Shown piece after piece: positions 49,835 through 58,680 of a stretch of DNA of 64,000 nt; the stretch's first letter is position 1, and every line of letters starts with the position of its first letter. The translations under genes were made by a program, and so were the position numbers. The notes beneath the pieces are model-generated. The model was not told the origin of the DNA. It did not search any database and saw only the letters and a program-made list of their open reading frames with translations. The DNA is from an uncultured bacterium (GTDB lineage: Bacteria > Zixibacteria > MSB-5A5 > GN15 > FEB-12), in assembly GCA_965372795.1 (NCBI GenBank), contig CBDVDR010000016.1, positions 1 through 64,000 on the forward strand. The letters are read 5' to 3'.

Positions 49835-51079
49835 GTGCATATAGTTGTTGTCGGAGGTGGCCCGGCGGGCATATTTGCAGCTATCAGAGCAGCCGAAACG
49901 GGAAGCAACAATCGTGTGACAGTGCTTGAAGCGACCAATGAACCACTCGGCAAAGTACGTATCTCCGGCGGTGGGCGATGCAATGTCACTCACAACTGTT
50001 TTGATCCTGCTGAATTAGTCAAACACTACCCACGTGGCCACAAAGAATTGAGAGGACCGTTTTCCAGGTTCCAGCCGCACGACACAGTCGAGTTTTTCCT
50101 ACGGCACGGCGTCCAACTGAAGTCTGAATCAGATGGACGCATGTTTCCGACCTCCGACTCATCGGAGACTATAATAGACTGCCTGCTTTCAGTCGCAAAA
50201 TCGCTCGGGGTAGAAATTAGACTTGGGAAGAGAGTGACGGCTATCAACATATTATCAGATGCTAACTCCCCTCAGTTTATCGCCAGTTTGCACAGCGACA
50301 AGTCAATCGAGTGCGATAGGGTCATGATCGCGAGTGGAAGCAGCCCGCAAGGGTATCGTTTGGCCGACTCGGTCGGGCATACGATTGTGCCCGGTGTTCC
50401 TTCCCTCTTTACCTTCAAAATTAGGGATGAGCGGCTGAATGATTTGGCCGGTATCAGTTTTGACCGTGTGCAACTGCAACTGGATGTGGGGAAAAAAAAG
50501 AAGCTGTCGCAGATTGGACCATTGTTGATAACACATTGGGGACTAAGCGGTCCGGCGGTGCTCAAGCTCTCCGCCTGGGGAGCGCGTGCTTTAAACGAAT
50601 GCCGCTATAAAGCAAAACTCACCGTGAATTTTCTGCCAGAGCATGATACAGAATCTGTGTACGACGAATTTCTGTTGTACAAAAGAGAGAACCCTAAGAA
50701 GCGAATTGTATCACAGTCGCTTTTCGATACTCCAAAAAGGTATTGGAGTCAGGCAACTACCGCCGCCGGAATCGCTGACACGCTCCTGTGGGCCGACGTT
50801 ACCAAGGTTGCCTTGAAAGCCCTCGCGCACCAGCTGACAGCCGCGACATTTCTGGTTACCGGCAAAGGGATATTCAAAGACGAGTTTGTGACTGCAGGTG
50901 GAGTAAGACTAAATGAGATTGATTTCAGAACAATGCAGAGCCGTATCTGTCCCGGCTTGTATTTTGGAGGTGAGGTTCTAGATATCGATGGTATCACAGG
51001 CGGGTTTAATTTTCAGTCGGCCTGGACGACCGGCTGGATTGCCGGTGGGAGTATGGCGGAAACGTCAGTCGAAGCCTGA
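49835..51079 (+). CDS. BaiN/HI0933 (YhiN) family FAD-dependent oxidoreductase (cassette A-B)
   Basis: GGGPAG, SGGGRCNVT, THWGLSGP, VTAGGV, TGGFNFQ; visibly GC-richer than the host. Confidence 0.92.
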   Translation: MHIVVVGGGPAGIFAAIRAAETGSNNRVTVLEATNEPLGKVRISGGGRCNVTHNCFDPAELVKHYPRGHKELRGPFSRFQPHDTVEFFLRHGVQLKSESDGRMFPTSDSSETIIDCLLSVAKSLGVEIRLGKRVTAINILSDANSPQFIASLHSDKSIECDRVMIASGSSPQGYRLADSVGHTIVPGVPSLFTFKIRDERLNDLAGISFDRVQLQLDVGKKKKLSQIGPLLITHWGLSGPAVLKLSAWGARALNECRYKAKLTVNFLPEHDTESVYDEFLLYKRENPKKRIVSQSLFDTPKRYWSQATTAAGIADTLLWADVTKVALKALAHQLTAATFLVTGKGIFKDEFVTAGGVRLNEIDFRTMQSRICPGLYFGGEVLDIDGITGGFNFQSAWTTGWIAGGSMAETSVEA

Positions 51080-51251
51080 TGGAGTCACAGTTAAAAGTAG
51101 TGATTGCGTAGACAGCCTTCGTATTTCTTGCTCATAAATGAACAGGGCTTTTATTTGTATTTAAATAAACTACGCAGCAGTTCTAACAAAATCCACGAAA
51201 GCCCGCTTTCTTACAAAGAAAATTGAAATTTAGGCATGAATTTATGTATTT

Positions 51252-51294
51252 CATACATCAAATAGTTGCGAAGATCGTCTATTGAACCCCGCCA
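51252..51294 (+). repeat. att-like site B
   Basis: CATACATCAAATAGTTGCGAAGATCGTCTATTGAACCCCGCCA. Confidence 0.9.
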
Positions 51295-51305
51295 TTTTTT
51301 GGAAG

Positions 51306-51333
51306 AACCCTGATGAAATCATCGGGGTTTTTT
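51306..51333 (+). terminator. Intrinsic terminator after site B
   Basis: Identical hairpin to 49609-49636. Confidence 0.75.
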
Positions 51334-51502
51334 CATGCCATAAATTATCTCAGATACATAGACATCAAGAACCTTGACGGTTAAGTCTATCTTGTTCTTA
51401 AGACCTGAGTATTTTTCAATAATTATGGGGTTTACAATTATCGTTGAGTTTACTATCTTTAATAAATCGTGGAAATGTAATTTAATAATTTTAATAGAAG
51501 AT

Positions 51503-51532
51503 GTCAGGAGCACACGGCTCCTGACCTACTCG
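51503..51532. repeat. REP-like palindrome, copy 2
   Basis: GTCAGGAGC-ACACG-GCTCCTGAC-CTACTCG. Confidence 0.7.
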
Positions 51533-51574
51533 TGCTATCTTATGATCAGCTAACAGTATACGTGGCAGTAATAA

Positions 51575-51706
51575 ACTTATGATTCAGTCGATATGATCTC
51601 GGATACCGAGGCTGATGCGGCGATGAAGATCGCTGTGGAACTGGGAAAGGAGGTGACTATGTGGCTGAAGGAAAATCATCCGCAATTGTTGGAGAGGCAA
51701 GAATAG
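51575..51706 (+). pseudogene. C-terminal fragment of a HEPN-like protein
   Basis: TYDSVDMISDTEADAAMKIAVELGKEVTMWLKENHPQLLERQE*; no start region. Confidence 0.4.
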
Positions 51707-51778
51707 GTAATGCCTGATGAGGTACTAGTTGACAGCAAGGAGACCATATAATGTTTTTTTCGAAAAGAAAGCAAACAC

Positions 51779-52642
51779 ATGGAACAAGTAATAGAGATCG
51801 CAGAATGGGTCGTCTGGGGATTTGCGTTGCTTCTTAGCTTCGCGTTCTTGATGAACCGGCACAAAGATGGCGGCGTAATGTTGCTTTCCCGCCGTTACGC
51901 AATTCTCGTTTTGGTTGGAGCTTTGGTCACATTCGTCACTGACATTTCCAAATTGCATCTCCTCTGGTGGATGCCGATTGCGTATTTTCTCAATATGTAT
52001 CTATTTACCATCATCTTTCAGAATAAAATGAAATCCTTCGAGAACAACTTGATGAACGCGGTGGGTAGCCGGCCAAACATTGAGCAAGATAGTGGATTTA
52101 CTGAAGAAGATGATGACGACGAAGAGTATGCTTTCGCAAGAGAAATGCTGGTTGCGTATTTGAAGGTATCGAAAGAATACCTCATGTACAGAGTTGTTGA
52201 TGAGTCGCGACTGCCTTTCAAAAAGGAGGATTTGAAAACAGTGATAAAACTAATGATGTGTTATCTTGACAGTGATTCTGAAAAAGAAGCTTTCCGAGAG
52301 AGTTATTACCTGCTTTCCAAATACCAGCCTGATTCAGAAACACTCGAAAACGTCCAAAGACTAACCATGGAGGCTTATGAAGAAGTGATTAAACATGAGG
52401 GGACGGATATCGATGAAGATGAAAGGCTTGCAGGATTACTAGACGCGGTAGAAAACAACTTAGACTTGGAAGATACAGAAGCCGTTGACCACGAAAAAGA
52501 ACTGCTGGTGGCTGAATTAAAACTGTGGGAAAAGAAAATTGAGGTGGAAGAAGCCAAACAAGAGATAAGAGATTACATTTCTTCTTTAAAGGACGACTCC
52601 GAACAAGGTGATGAAGGCGACGGGATGAAGCGTGCACATTAG
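51779..52642 (+). CDS. Hypothetical membrane protein with an acidic helical C-terminal domain (cassette B-C)
   Basis: Three N-terminal TM segments (SKLHLLWW), D/E-rich tail. Confidence 0.7.
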   Translation: MEQVIEIAEWVVWGFALLLSFAFLMNRHKDGGVMLLSRRYAILVLVGALVTFVTDISKLHLLWWMPIAYFLNMYLFTIIFQNKMKSFENNLMNAVGSRPNIEQDSGFTEEDDDDEEYAFAREMLVAYLKVSKEYLMYRVVDESRLPFKKEDLKTVIKLMMCYLDSDSEKEAFRESYYLLSKYQPDSETLENVQRLTMEAYEEVIKHEGTDIDEDERLAGLLDAVENNLDLEDTEAVDHEKELLVAELKLWEKKIEVEEAKQEIRDYISSLKDDSEQGDEGDGMKRAH

Positions 52643-52760
52643 CTCAAACGTTATGTAATTACCTTCCAAAGTGTTCCGCTTGCAACAGAATAGCCCGTTT
52701 TCACCTGAAACCTGAATACCACAAAAGTTTGGGGAGAGTGAGGTCCACCCCACATAGACC

Positions 52761-52791
52761 AAAAAAGCCCACGTTAATACGTGGGCATTTT
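52761..52791. terminator. Bidirectional terminator between convergent genes
   Basis: AAAAAA-GCCCACGT-TAAT-ACGTGGGC-ATTTT. Confidence 0.6.
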
Positions 52792-52833
52792 CCAATTACT
52801 CCTGATCAAGTCATCATTAGTAAACTTGAATTG

Positions 52834-53034
52834 TTAATCACTTTCATCTAATTCAAAGAAATCATTCACAGGCTTGTCAAATGTATATGACAACTTTAAT
52901 GCCAATACAGTTGATGGAACGAATTTATTCTTCTCAATCGAACTGATCGTTTGTCTTGATACTCCAATTTTGACAGCTAACTCTTCTTGTGTAAGATCCA
53001 AGATAGTTCTTTCAATTTTAATTTTATTGTTCAT
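52834..53034 (-). CDS. XRE/Cro-CI HTH transcriptional regulator
   Basis: MNNKIK...LTQEELAVKIGVSRQTI...PSTVLALK; ATGA overlap with the upstream gene. Confidence 0.88.
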   Translation of the reverse strand: MNNKIKIERTILDLTQEELAVKIGVSRQTISSIEKNKFVPSTVLALKLSYTFDKPVNDFFELDESD

Positions 53035-53498
53035 TGATGCATCTTCTTTAAAAAATGGAAAAAACCAATCTGCACGCTTAACAACATCCATAAAATTGTA
53101 AAATCTCCAATATCTTGAATACCTTCGGTTTCTTTATTCAAAACGATACCAACAAAATAATTAACAAATGGAAGAACCATCGAATAGATCACAGCTATAA
53201 TAAATGCAATAGAATACGATTGCATTCGTAAATCTTTCACTAATTCATCTTCAATTTTTTCTTTTGAAATTGAAATGAGCAATAAACCGACTAATAGTAT
53301 ATTTTTGGCTATCAACTCTAAATTGTTAAATTCCTTGGGAATTCCAATTATAATAATTGCTATAAATGCTACAAGAAACATCCCTAAGCCAATTTTCTTG
53401 AAAACGTTAGGGAGTTGGTATTTCTTGAGTTTTTCAAGAGATTTTCTTTCGCACTCTAAAAACGATTTTGTATTCATCCTGTCTCCTTTAATTAACAC
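53031..53498 (-). CDS. Membrane protein paired with the XRE regulator
   Basis: LPNVFKKIG, SKEKIEDE...LRMQS, four TM helices. Confidence 0.75.
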   Translation of the reverse strand: MLIKGDRMNTKSFLECERKSLEKLKKYQLPNVFKKIGLGMFLVAFIAIIIIGIPKEFNNLELIAKNILLVGLLLISISKEKIEDELVKDLRMQSYSIAFIIAVIYSMVLPFVNYFVGIVLNKETEGIQDIGDFTILWMLLSVQIGFFHFLKKMHQ

Positions 53499-53813
53499 GT
53501 CAGATTATTGTAATCTTTACTTGTCATTATATCGGCTATACTTTACATAATGTCAAGTATATTTTACATATTATCATGAAATATTTCTAATACTATCCAG
53601 AATTTAATAATATCAGGACATTAACTTCGTTTAATTCAACAACTTGTAACAGTATTTTGGCTTGGACAAATTAACTCGAACTAAGGTATTCTAAGGTGTT
53701 AACCTTACAATACCACTTCTATTCTAACGGGTAGCTTGATTTCAGTAGTTCCTGTTCGTTAAGCACGGCAGTTTCGAATCAAAATCAGAGTTCAATGGTT
53801 TCTTGCGTTATTT

Positions 53814-53855
53814 CAAATTGTAAATAGTTGGGAAGATCGTCTAATGAACCCCGCA
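53814..53855 (+). repeat. att-like site C
   Basis: AAATAGTTGGGAAGATCGTCTAATGAACCCCGCA. Confidence 0.85.
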
Positions 53856-53979
53856 AAATCCTTCTCGACAATATCAACAATTAACAATATTTCAAATTCC
53901 TAAAATTAGTACTATTTATATTATTGACTGATATATCTAATTATATTAGATTTTGATAACAATAACAATTGGAGTTGAA

Positions 53980-54282
53980 ATGAAATGTCCAAAATGTACA
54001 CACAACGTGATGTCATTTGGTAAAACTATGGTATTGATCGACCCGCGACATATAAGTTGCTGGAAGTGTCATGCCAAACTGAAGTTGTCGAACCAATGGG
54101 TATCCACTTTCTGGGTTTCTATCACTGTTGGGTTCTTTCTTGGTGTACTTCATGCACTATTCGACAATCTGCTAATCTCGGATAACGCAGCAATCTACAT
54201 TATCGCTTGGATAGCTTTCGCTTTGTGTTACGACCTAATCTTCTGGAAATTTGCCAACTATGAAGTGATGCCTAATGATTGA
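53980..54282 (+). CDS. Small Zn-ribbon plus 2-TM protein (sole gene of the 564-bp cassette C-D)
   Basis: MKCPKC...CWKC, two TM helices, GGAG RBS. Confidence 0.7.
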   Translation: MKCPKCTHNVMSFGKTMVLIDPRHISCWKCHAKLKLSNQWVSTFWVSITVGFFLGVLHALFDNLLISDNAAIYIIAWIAFALCYDLIFWKFANYEVMPND

Positions 54283-54377
54283 AGCCGGACGAGTTTTATC
54301 ATTTATATCTTAAATAGTATAATTCCCCCCGCTTCATTAAAGAAATGATTGAAGTTGTTTAACGTAATTACTCGTTC

Positions 54378-54420
54378 CATACATCAAAAAGTTGCGAAGA
54401 TCGTCTAATGAGCCCCGCCA
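54378..54420 (+). repeat. att-like site D
   Basis: CATACATCAAAAAGTTGCGAAGATCGTCTAATGAGCCCCGCCA, followed by a hairpin and T tract. Confidence 0.9.
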
Positions 54421-54671
54421 TTTTTATTTACTCTGCCAATCGGTGGGGTAATTTTTTTAGCATACAGTTGAGATCATATAATCAAGTCAATAAGAGGCTT
54501 TATAAAACCCACTTTAAAAATGGGGCACCCGGTTTAAAAGATGGACTAACTAATTTTGTTGATGTTCAATGATGAATTTCTAAAAACTGAGATAATATTT
54601 TTGATTTGAAATTTTTTTGCATAAAAGAAAATTTGAATGAAGATTTTGCTGAAAAGAGAACATTTGTAATC

Positions 54672-55187
54672 TTATAATATTATATCATTTAATTCCTTCC
54701 TACCTTGTGGCTCAGGATCTTCCGCAGGATAGCCAATTGGTATTACAAATGGGACAATAAAATCTTTAGGTATATTAAGAATTTCTTTTAACTTATCACG
54801 ATATACCCAAGCAACAAAGACTGTGCCTAATCCTAGTTCTGTAGCCCTTAAGACTAAAAAAGAAGCAGCAATTGATAGGTCTATATAAGCATAGTTGATA
54901 GGATTTTCGTCAACATCTTCACTATCAGGATATTGGGATGGATCAGCGCAACAAACAATAATAAGAGGAGCATCATAAACATAAGGCTGTTTAAAAACCT
55001 TTTGTTTCATTAATTTCTTTATAATTTCTTTATCGTTAACAATCAAATACCTATGAGATTGAATATTTTTAGCTGACGGTGCTTTTCTGGCGGCATTAAG
55101 GAGTTCTTTTATTATTTCTTCTGGAATTTCTTTGTCTTTATACTTCCTTATGCTTTTTCTTAAGTTTATTGTTTCTTTAACGCTCAT
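54672..55187 (-). CDS. Nitroreductase family protein (cassette D-E)
   Basis: RKSIRKY, APSAKNIQ, ATELGLGT, PIGYP; very AT-rich. Confidence 0.88.
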   Translation of the reverse strand: MSVKETINLRKSIRKYKDKEIPEEIIKELLNAARKAPSAKNIQSHRYLIVNDKEIIKKLMKQKVFKQPYVYDAPLIIVCCADPSQYPDSEDVDENPINYAYIDLSIAASFLVLRATELGLGTVFVAWVYRDKLKEILNIPKDFIVPFVIPIGYPAEDPEPQGRKELNDIIL

Positions 55188-55613
55188 ATTACAATTATAT
55201 ATCATATTAAAAATAAAAAACAACCTCCTTATAAGATAATTTTTTGGCTCCCCCTAGTGCCAGCCCGCCATAACCACCGATCAGGCGTGTCGGGTGGGAA
55301 GGAAGTTCGCACATCACAGCTCGTAAATATTGTCATAATAGCAGCGGTTGCCGCCCTAATGTATGCCTGTAAAGTTTAGTATTCTCTTTTAAGGGTTCTT
55401 ATGATACTTCACAACTTATTGTTTTCCAACGATTTCCATTTAGTATTTTGAAACTTGTTGAAATTTCAATCTCGAATATCACAAAAGTTTTCTGAGAGTG
55501 ATATTGGCACCGCTTTTAAAAATCATTTAACTTCATGCGTTTACATCACAACCCTAAGTGCTTATCACATAAACTTCGAACTTTTACAGAAATATATTTC
55601 TCCACTTATCTCT

Positions 55614-58259
55614 TTATCCTGTATTTCTCATTCCGGCGGCGATTCCTACAATAGTCAGTAACAAGGCGTGACGAAGGTCCGAATCTTTGGTCATTCGACT
55701 CATTCGATATCGTTTCAACGCTTCAACCTGTAGAATATTTAAAGTATCGGTATATGGATTCCGAACCGAAATTGATCGTTGTATTACCGGTGAGCCACTA
55801 AGCAGTTCATTCTGTCCAGTCAATTCCAACCAGCCTTTAGTGACCTCCAGCAAGTCTGTGCGAAGTTGTTTCCCAATGGGGTGCAGGACTTTTTCTGTTA
55901 GATTATTTTCATAATGTTCAGTTATATCCGGAAGTGTTTTAGCTAAAACCATCTCCTGCATCCCTACCATATTCCTGAAATATACCCAATCTTCGAGCAT
56001 CTCCTGTAATTGCTTTTTATCAAAAGTGTCATAATTAAAAATAACCTGGGTACCAAGCCAGGCTGGGAGCATCAGACGCACTTGAGTCCAGCCGAAAACC
56101 CACGGAATCGCTCGCAGGCTGTCGATATCTTTCCCCCGTTTTCGTTTTGCGGGACGACTTCCGATTGCAATCTCCTCCAGTTCAAGAATTGGTGTTGTTT
56201 GCGTAAAATAGTCAACAAATCGTTTCTCTTCCCTGACTACCTGCCGGTATTTAGCTGTTGATTTCTCAGCAAAGCTTTCCATCATTATCCGCCATGATTC
56301 TTTTGGTTTATCAGGTGGCAACAATCTTGCCTCCAGTGCTGCCGACAAGTAGACTTCGAGTGAACGCAATGCTACACCCTGTAATCCAAATTTATATCTG
56401 ATCACTTCTCCCTGCTCAGTCACACGAACTCCTCCTTGAACTGCTCCAGGCGGCTGTGAAAGCAGAGCCTGGTGTGCCGATGCTCCTCCCCGACTGATAG
56501 TTCCCCCTCTACCATGGAACAGGGTAAGCGGTATATCATGGTGAGAACAAACAGCAGTCAATGCTTCCTGTGCTTTATACTGCTCCCAGGAAGCCGCTAA
56601 AAATCCAGCATCTTTTGTAGAATCAGAATACCCAATCATTACTTCCTGTTTTGTAACGTTTTGTCGATACCAATCAATCCTTAACAGTTTATCAATTGTA
56701 TCTCCAGCTGAACGCAGGTCATCAAGAGTTTCAAATAACGGCACAACCCGTATCATTTTTTTTACTCTCGAAAGTTTTTGCAAAAAGTAAACCGCCAATA
56801 CATCAGAAGGCACTTTAGCCATAGAAATAACATAAGCCCCAAGCAAAGAAAAATCCTGCGATGCTATTAGACGAAAAGTTGAAAGTAATTCAATATCTTC
56901 CGAATCAGATGGAAATGATTTTGGCAACTTAATTTGTTCTGACTGAATTCCTTCTAACAAAAATTTCTGGCGTTCAATTTCTGTCATTGTATCAAACGGT
57001 TTCTTTCTACGAAGTTTAGTAAAGTTTGTTAGAAACTGAGTGTGTCGACCGGCATCCTGACGAATATCCAGTCGTAATAACGAATGACCAAAACAGGCCA
57101 ACTTTCGAAGTACATCTTTTAACTTACCATTGGCAATTGGTTTCATATTGGTTGCGATCAGCGACTGATAACAGAGTAAAAGCGGTTCTTTTAATGCTTC
57201 AAGGGTAATAATTGAAGGTTTAAATTTTTTCCGCCTGCCATCTAAGACTTCTTTAATTTGTTTTTGATCTTTATTAAGATTTTCCAATACAGATTTTAAA
57301 AGCGCCCGGTACGGCTCTCTGCTATTGCCTACCAGTTTACGAAGTTGGGAGGAACATGTGGTCATCGATAGTTCAGAACGGATCAGTTTCAGATCTTTTA
57401 TCAGCAATTCAGCAGCTTCCCACTGCCCCAACAAGAGAACTTCCTGGGTAACTTCAGCAGTAACATAAGGGTTACCGTCACGATCCCCACCCATCCAGGA
57501 TGAAAACCTAATTGGGCTAAAATCGACAGGGAGAGATTCACCTAATGACTCTTGTAAAATTAGATCGATATTTCGTAAAAAGAGTGGTACAGCCTCCCAC
57601 AATGTCTGCTCAACTACCGCAAATCCCCAACGGGCTTCCTCAACTGGAGTCGGTTTGGTTAATCGCAATTCATCAGTTTGCCATGCTGCCAATAGAATCC
57701 GGTGTAACGATTCCTCATTCCAATGACGTTCCGATTTAGTTAGGTCCTCCCTGTCAAGATTGCAAAGTTTTTCAGCAATAGCATTGTACTTCTGAATCAT
57801 TGTCCTACGCTGGGTTTCAGTTGGATGCGCAGTCAGGACAAAATCTATATTAGTATCCATCAGATAACGGATAATCCGCTTCTTTTCTATCCCCGCCTCA
57901 AGTAATCGCGGAAGTAATTCTTCCAATGAGCCTTTTTGAGGATGAGGTTCAGTCAATCGTTTGTATGAAAGACGGCGGCGTACCCGGTGTTGTTGTTCAG
58001 CTATATTGGCAAGATTTAAGAACTGGTTAAATGCTTTGGCAATTAACATTAGATTTTTATTATCAAGATTCTGAATAACTCCGATTAGTTGATTCCGAGC
58101 CTCTCTATCACCGGTTCTGGCATCTTGAGAGAGTTCACGTATTTCAGTAACTTTATCAAGAATTGGTTTACCTTCCAGTGAACTGATGACAGTACCGAGA
58201 ATATTTCCCAACATCCGAATGTTTTGGCGCAAGGGTTTGTGCGGATCGACAATACTCAT
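55614..58259 (-). CDS. ppc: Phosphoenolpyruvate carboxylase (cassette D-E)
   Basis: VLTAHPTE, WMGGDRDGNP, QEVMIGYSDS, FHGRGG, LRAIPWVF, MRNTG. Confidence 0.97.
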   Translation of the reverse strand: MSIVDPHKPLRQNIRMLGNILGTVISSLEGKPILDKVTEIRELSQDARTGDREARNQLIGVIQNLDNKNLMLIAKAFNQFLNLANIAEQQHRVRRRLSYKRLTEPHPQKGSLEELLPRLLEAGIEKKRIIRYLMDTNIDFVLTAHPTETQRRTMIQKYNAIAEKLCNLDREDLTKSERHWNEESLHRILLAAWQTDELRLTKPTPVEEARWGFAVVEQTLWEAVPLFLRNIDLILQESLGESLPVDFSPIRFSSWMGGDRDGNPYVTAEVTQEVLLLGQWEAAELLIKDLKLIRSELSMTTCSSQLRKLVGNSREPYRALLKSVLENLNKDQKQIKEVLDGRRKKFKPSIITLEALKEPLLLCYQSLIATNMKPIANGKLKDVLRKLACFGHSLLRLDIRQDAGRHTQFLTNFTKLRRKKPFDTMTEIERQKFLLEGIQSEQIKLPKSFPSDSEDIELLSTFRLIASQDFSLLGAYVISMAKVPSDVLAVYFLQKLSRVKKMIRVVPLFETLDDLRSAGDTIDKLLRIDWYRQNVTKQEVMIGYSDSTKDAGFLAASWEQYKAQEALTAVCSHHDIPLTLFHGRGGTISRGGASAHQALLSQPPGAVQGGVRVTEQGEVIRYKFGLQGVALRSLEVYLSAALEARLLPPDKPKESWRIMMESFAEKSTAKYRQVVREEKRFVDYFTQTTPILELEEIAIGSRPAKRKRGKDIDSLRAIPWVFGWTQVRLMLPAWLGTQVIFNYDTFDKKQLQEMLEDWVYFRNMVGMQEMVLAKTLPDITEHYENNLTEKVLHPIGKQLRTDLLEVTKGWLELTGQNELLSGSPVIQRSISVRNPYTDTLNILQVEALKRYRMSRMTKDSDLRHALLLTIVGIAAGMRNTG

Positions 58260-58445
58260 TTGTTATTCCTTAATTAGAGAATCAATTAACCGCAACTGTA
58301 TTTTCCTTCAAAGCTTCCTACAATAAGCGACAGTAAAAGAAAGAGATAAATGTGGTTTAAACAAGTTTCAAAAATAGGAGTAAGTTATAAAACTGTTTTC
58401 CTTAAAACTCAATTGATTGAAAGTGTATTTATTAATTTCTTGCTT

Positions 58446-58488
58446 CATACATCAAAAAGTTGCAAAAGTTGTCCAACGAATCCCGTCT
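58446..58488 (+). repeat. att-like site E
   Basis: CATACATCAAAAAGTTGCAAAAGTTGTCCAACGAATCCCGTCT. Confidence 0.85.
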
Positions 58489-58680
58489 TTTGTAATTGCC
58501 TGTGTAGCACTACGTTACAAGCTCTCACTATTTATTTATTCATAATTTATTTAGACTTCTTTGTGTTCCAATCATAGATGTTTTCCTTGTTATTGTTTGC
58601 TTTAAAGGTCTAAATAATCTATCTTGTAATTAGTTAATAAGTATTGAATGCTATTGAAAAGTTAATGAGGTAGTCGGCCT

